This document shows, piece by piece, positions 59,917 to 64,000 of a stretch of DNA of 64,000 nt. The DNA is from Candidatus Altimarinota bacterium (GTDB lineage: Bacteria; Patescibacteriota; Gracilibacteria; BD1-5; UBA2023). Each line of letters opens with the position of its first letter. Positions within the stretch are counted from its first letter, which is position 1. The notes under the pieces were generated by a model that was not told the origin of the DNA, made no database searches, and worked only from the letters and a program-made list of their open reading frames with translations. The stretch covers positions 14,130-78,129 of the forward strand of contig JAYVGV010000037.1 in the NCBI GenBank assembly GCA_043771825.1. Direction: 5' to 3'. The position numbers and the translations under genes were made by a program.

Positions 59917-60501
59917 ATGTCGCACTCTGTACCAAAAAATGCGAAAAAAGTATTCTCTTGAATCCGTATGGATGTCTATCAGTGGGATCAAGAACTCTAC
60001 GATGGATCTATAAAGTGTTTTGAGCGAGCTCAATTCCTCGATGGAGCATTCGTCATCTGAATCCTTCCAAATGGGAAAATACTCATGACAGAGCAAGAGC
60101 AACCATCACGGGATGAACCTTTTTTTTCCCTCCCAGGATGAGCCTTCGATACTCCAGATGAAAATCCTCTCGAATGTGCTCAGCGTGAATTTCTGGAAGA
60201 GACGGGATATGAGAGCGATACATGGGAGCTCTGGTTTGTCTTCGAAGGTACGAGTAATATACTCGGGAAGACATACTTCTATGTTGCACATAACTGTAAG
60301 AAAATACAGGATATCGTCCCAGATGGAGGAGAAAAAATAAATGAAATATTCGAGCTTGAGTTCGATGAATTTTTGGCTTTTGCAGAAAATCCATATTTTG
60401 TACATTGGCCACTTTTGAGATATCTTTTCAGTGCGTTGCTTCATAGAGAAAAATACGATGAACTCAGAATGGCATTCCATCTAAATTCGAATAATTCCTA
60501 A
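59917..60501 (+). CDS. NUDIX hydrolase
   Basis: ATG 59917 to TAA 60499-60501. Nudix box LPG[TGA]AFDTPDENPLECAQREFLEETGY (TGA 60139-60141). Confidence 0.85.
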
Positions 60502-60547
60502 AACAGGGTAAGTATGAATTTCCATACTTACCCTGTTTTATTTTTTA
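60502..60547. terminator. strong bidirectional terminator
   Basis: ACAGGGTAAGTATG-AATTTC-CATACTTACCCTGT (14-bp stem) followed by TTTTATTTTTT. Lies between convergent stops at 60501 and 60574. Confidence 0.7.
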
Positions 60548-60573
60548 AAGAATCGAGATAATTTTTTCTCAGT

Positions 60574-62271
60574 TTAGAGTTCGAGTATTTTCCAGCCTGA
60601 GCTATCTTGTGCTGCAGTCAAGATATGACTATCATAGCCAAATGCTACTTCTGTACTGACATCTTTCCATGTTCACGATAGGAGAATTCCATTTTTTCTA
60701 TATGTATAGAATCATGTAGATGGATCTCGCTCTATAAAAAGATAACTGCGAGGGTTTGTCGTATCAAAAAATACATAATCATATCCCACTCTACTGGCGG
60801 TATATCCAGTATTTTTTATGATTTCATCAGTATTACGGTATATCTTCCATATTCCATCTTTTTTTCATGCAAATACGATCGATCCTCCATCAGCTCATAG
60901 GGTCGGATTCATGTAGCCCTGAAGTCCACAGAGATTGCCTTTGTATCGCGTGAATAGGCAGTAGCGATCTTCTCCTATCGGTCTCCCGAAGTATGCGTAT
61001 GATCCTCCATCTTCTTCGAGGAATATCTCACGAACTTCAGTAAGATCACGAGAGACCACTTCCATATCATGGATTATTTTTTTGATCCCATTTTTCTCTG
61101 TGACATAGAGAAAGTGAGAACCATTGGATATGTAGGATCAAGAAATATATTCTTGAGGGAGTATTCCTACTAAAACACCATTTTTTATGATTGATTTTTC
61201 TGATCCTGAAGATACGAGTGCTACTATACTCTGTCAGTTTGAAGAGAGAGTAAGGTTCTCTATTTTTGTATACGATGGTTCAAGAGATACTCCATTTTTT
61301 ACAAGATATCTTTCTCCTATTTTCCCTGTAGTCCAGATCAGAGTACTTCTATCTTTTGAGAGTACAAGAGGATTTCCCAATATTCCTTTATACTCGATAT
61401 TTCTTGATCCATTTTCGTATATGATATGTATCTTGCCTCCTTCTTTATATACGATAGATTTTTCTCATTCTGATATTCGAGATCCGAGCAGGAGTCGCCC
61501 ACCAGAATATACAGAGTTATGAGTATCTCTACTATAGATACTCCCTTCCATGAGAAAAGGAGTCTGTCCAAGCTTCAGTGTTCCGGTGGAGATCATACCT
61601 TTTTGGACGAGCTTCCAGCTCACCCCAGATCATGAAGATATACTGGTGAGTAGACTATCATCACCTCGATCATAGAGAAGTGATGGAAGTGTCTCAGAGA
61701 GAGCTACAGAGCGTACTCCACCTGAGAGTGTATAGATCTCTCCACTTATATACATCCGAGAGAGTATATCATGGCTCTGTCCACGAGTGAAAAATGAGAG
61801 TGATGAAAGTATCAGTATGCCAGCTATACATGCCAGTGCAAATCCTCAGACCATCCCGATGATCGTGTCTACTGCATCAGAAAATTGGGTCTCTTCTTGT
61901 ATGAGGTCACCCCGTCTATAGCTCAGAAGTAGTAGTATAGAACCGATAATGAGAAATATCCATCACCAGCTCATACCAGATGCCATCTCTCCAGTCTTCA
62001 TATTGGATATCCGACCCATCAAAGTTATAATCCCGAGTGCGATAATGCCGATGATCGTCAGGCTGACACTGATCCTATATGATGACCATTTCCGTGTCGA
62101 TGCAAGTGTAAAGGCGAGGATCAATGCGATCAAGATAGCATAAGCGATCCACCGCATATCCGTCATGAGATACGAGAGGAGGATATCCCCTGAACGTGTC
62201 CCTGGTCCGACGAGACCAGTGAACACACTGATAATCCCGAGAAACGCTATATGTGTGCGTGTAAGCGACAT
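60574..62271 (-). CDS. polytopic membrane protein with C-terminal beta-propeller-like repeats (565 aa)
   Basis: Track ORF 61963..62271 extended through about 12 TGAs to TAA 60574-60576 (every line checked). Five or six N-terminal TM helices, then repeated strands with KNG/DGG turns (SIVYKEGGKIHIIYENG, YLVKNGVSLEP, SIIKNGVLVG, GIWKIYRNTDEI, FYTYRKNGILLSG). Confidence 0.7.
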
Positions 62272-62381
62272 AGAAGTATATTATACGATATACTACACAT
62301 GATATAGTTTTTCTGTAAAATGCAAGGAAAAATCCTTTCCAACATACAAGGACGATATTTTTAGTATATTCTTGAGACATA

Positions 62382-64000
62382 TTATATCTTCTCTGGAGTT
62401 TTTTGAGAAGGTGACTTCATGAGGTATGTAAAATTATCTTTATTTAATATTGATCATCCATTATTTTCTATGCTATATTTCCTGAGAGAGTTGATTATTT
62501 TTGGGACACCATTTGATTCGGATCGCATAAGATCCATGCTTTTCTCAATGCTTGTAAGCTTATCGATCTCTGTTCACGAGATGGTATCTTGGATAACACC
62601 GAGATTTTTTAGCATTTTTTCCCATTGCTGTCATTCGATTTTTTCTTTTCCGAGAGAGCTATTGATATCTTCTGGGGTTAGCCATCTATTACCGATCTCT
62701 GGACCATTTTGACTCATAAGAAATGCATATACTTCATCGATACTTCGAAATTGGGTAATTCAGAGTCATGCTAACCCATTGAGATTTTGTCTGGTATTTG
62801 CCTCGAAATTTTCAGAGCTTGTTTCGATTTTTGGATTGGGATTATATATCTTTTCTAATCGGGACTGTTCGGTATATTTTTTCTGTAGTTCGATGATATT
62901 CACTTTTTCTCCAGAAAAATAGTCAGTCAAACCTTCAGCGATCTTTATCTCCTCTCATTCCATACGTGTCTGAGGTCGAAAAATATCACTGTATGCTGCT
63001 TTTTCATAGAGAGGAACGAGCCTTTCGCAAGCTTCTTTCTTTTGATCGAGATTCGCATCTTTTGATCGAAGTGTAGTCATGTATTCATCGATTGTAACTA
63101 GAGATAATTCTTGTTGATTGATCGCAGAGAGATTTGGGCGTATTGATTTATACAGATCAGTAATCTCTCGCTCTTTATTTGTATTAAAAAATTTTACTGA
63201 TTCGAGATCTCACTTGATTTTTGCTTGTCGCTCTTGCTCTGCCGTATCAGGGATATCTTGGGTGACTGATAAGATACCACGTATTTTCATCACTCGCGGA
63301 GGACGTCTCTCCATATCGATCGTATGTGTCACTTCTTTACCATCGAGACTCTTGAATATGAGAGTCTCTCCACGACGTTCTACGGGGATATCTCATCTCC
63401 CACCAGTGATCGCTTTCGAGGCATCGAGTACCATTCGCTGAGTCTTATCTGGCTTATCTGCGATATATTGCTCGATATCTCTCGAGCGAAAAGGAGCAAG
63501 CACTCATCATTCTCTCGCACTGGCGCGAAGGTCACTGAAAGCTCTTTCGGCATCTGAGAGTTTTCACTCTGGAAGTCGAGTTTTGATCGCTGTCTCCGTC
63601 CGAGAATCCGTAAGGTAAAATGTATCGACAAGATTCGTGACCTGGGGATTCGATCCACTCGCTATCACTGCATCGAGATTTTCTGGTGTGATACCAATAT
63701 TCTTCGCGATATTTGCTTTGATATTTTCAGGAAGAGGAGTACTCGCTTTTGCTTTTGCAAGTTCTTCACTCACTACGGTCGTATCGAGGGATTTTACTTG
63801 TTCGAGTCTTTCACGGAGTAATTTATTTTCTTTATTTTTGTTCTCATTTTCTACATTTGTAGAGTTGTTATTACGTCATACTTCCTTGATACTAATTCCA
63901 TATTCACCCGCAAGGGTTTCTTGTATTTTTTTATCTCTATCGGCATTTCCTATATTTTTTTCTTTTGCCTCTTTTGCTATATCCTCCAAACTGATAATAC
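62382..64000 (-). CDS. hypothetical protein, C-terminal 539 codons (start lies beyond the right edge)
   Basis: One reverse frame is free of TAA/TAG from 64000 to TAA 62382-62384, with about 12 TGAs. Contains track ORF 63564..63773. Charged and helical (KEAKEKNIGNADRDKKIQETL...). No family recognised. Confidence 0.55.

Noticed and set aside
1-64000. Fragmented ORFs might mean a decaying genome full of nonsense-mutated pseudogenes.
   Set aside because: All interruptions are TGA, never TAA or TAG. They fall on conserved Gly positions in essential genes (pyrH, cysS, valS, metG), and reading frames never shift. Recoding explains the pattern; decay does not.
1-64000. TGA = Trp (table 4, Mycoplasma-like) as an alternative recoding.
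   Set aside because: Trp is incompatible with the motif positions occupied by TGA: GGGN of UMP kinase, Walker A, LSGGE, the Nudix PGG, the prepilin -1 Gly and NLGN of MetRS. TGG is also still used at clear Trp positions, for example GRPGWHIEC.

Overview
AT-rich 64-kb bacterial window in which TGA is a sense codon that fits glycine (translation table 25). This recoding is known from the candidate phyla Gracilibacteria (BD1-5) and Absconditabacteria (SR1). The supplied standard-code ORF track therefore breaks almost every gene into pieces and shows many antisense or off-frame artefacts. I re-read each frame by hand with only TAA and TAG as stops, which gives about 45 contiguous genes.

Housekeeping genes: cysS, pyrH, valS, metG, lgt, an ABC-F ATPase, a NUDIX hydrolase, a WbaP-type sugar transferase, tmRNA and tRNA-Asn.

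Cell-surface content:
- Two PKD-repeat membrane proteins of 768 and 1702 aa, headed by a TrbC/VirB2-like pilin gene.
- A type IV pilus-like cluster with a PilD prepilin peptidase and a pilin-like protein.
- Two M23 peptidoglycan hydrolases.
- Two paralogous two-gene cassettes. Each encodes a 449-aa secreted partner protein followed by a giant modular tail-fibre-like protein (2392 aa and 1960 aa). The first fibre ends in a phage-type Peptidase_S74 intramolecular chaperone domain.
- A type I restriction-modification operon interrupted by a KilA-N gene and by an HTH-protein/Doc toxin pair.

The best candidate for an undescribed system is the duplicated fibre-plus-partner cassette, which carries long in-frame direct repeats that could drive module shuffling.

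Limits: all calls come from reading the sequence by eye. No searches or structure predictions were run. Start codons are the least certain coordinates. Functions of the giant proteins are inference.
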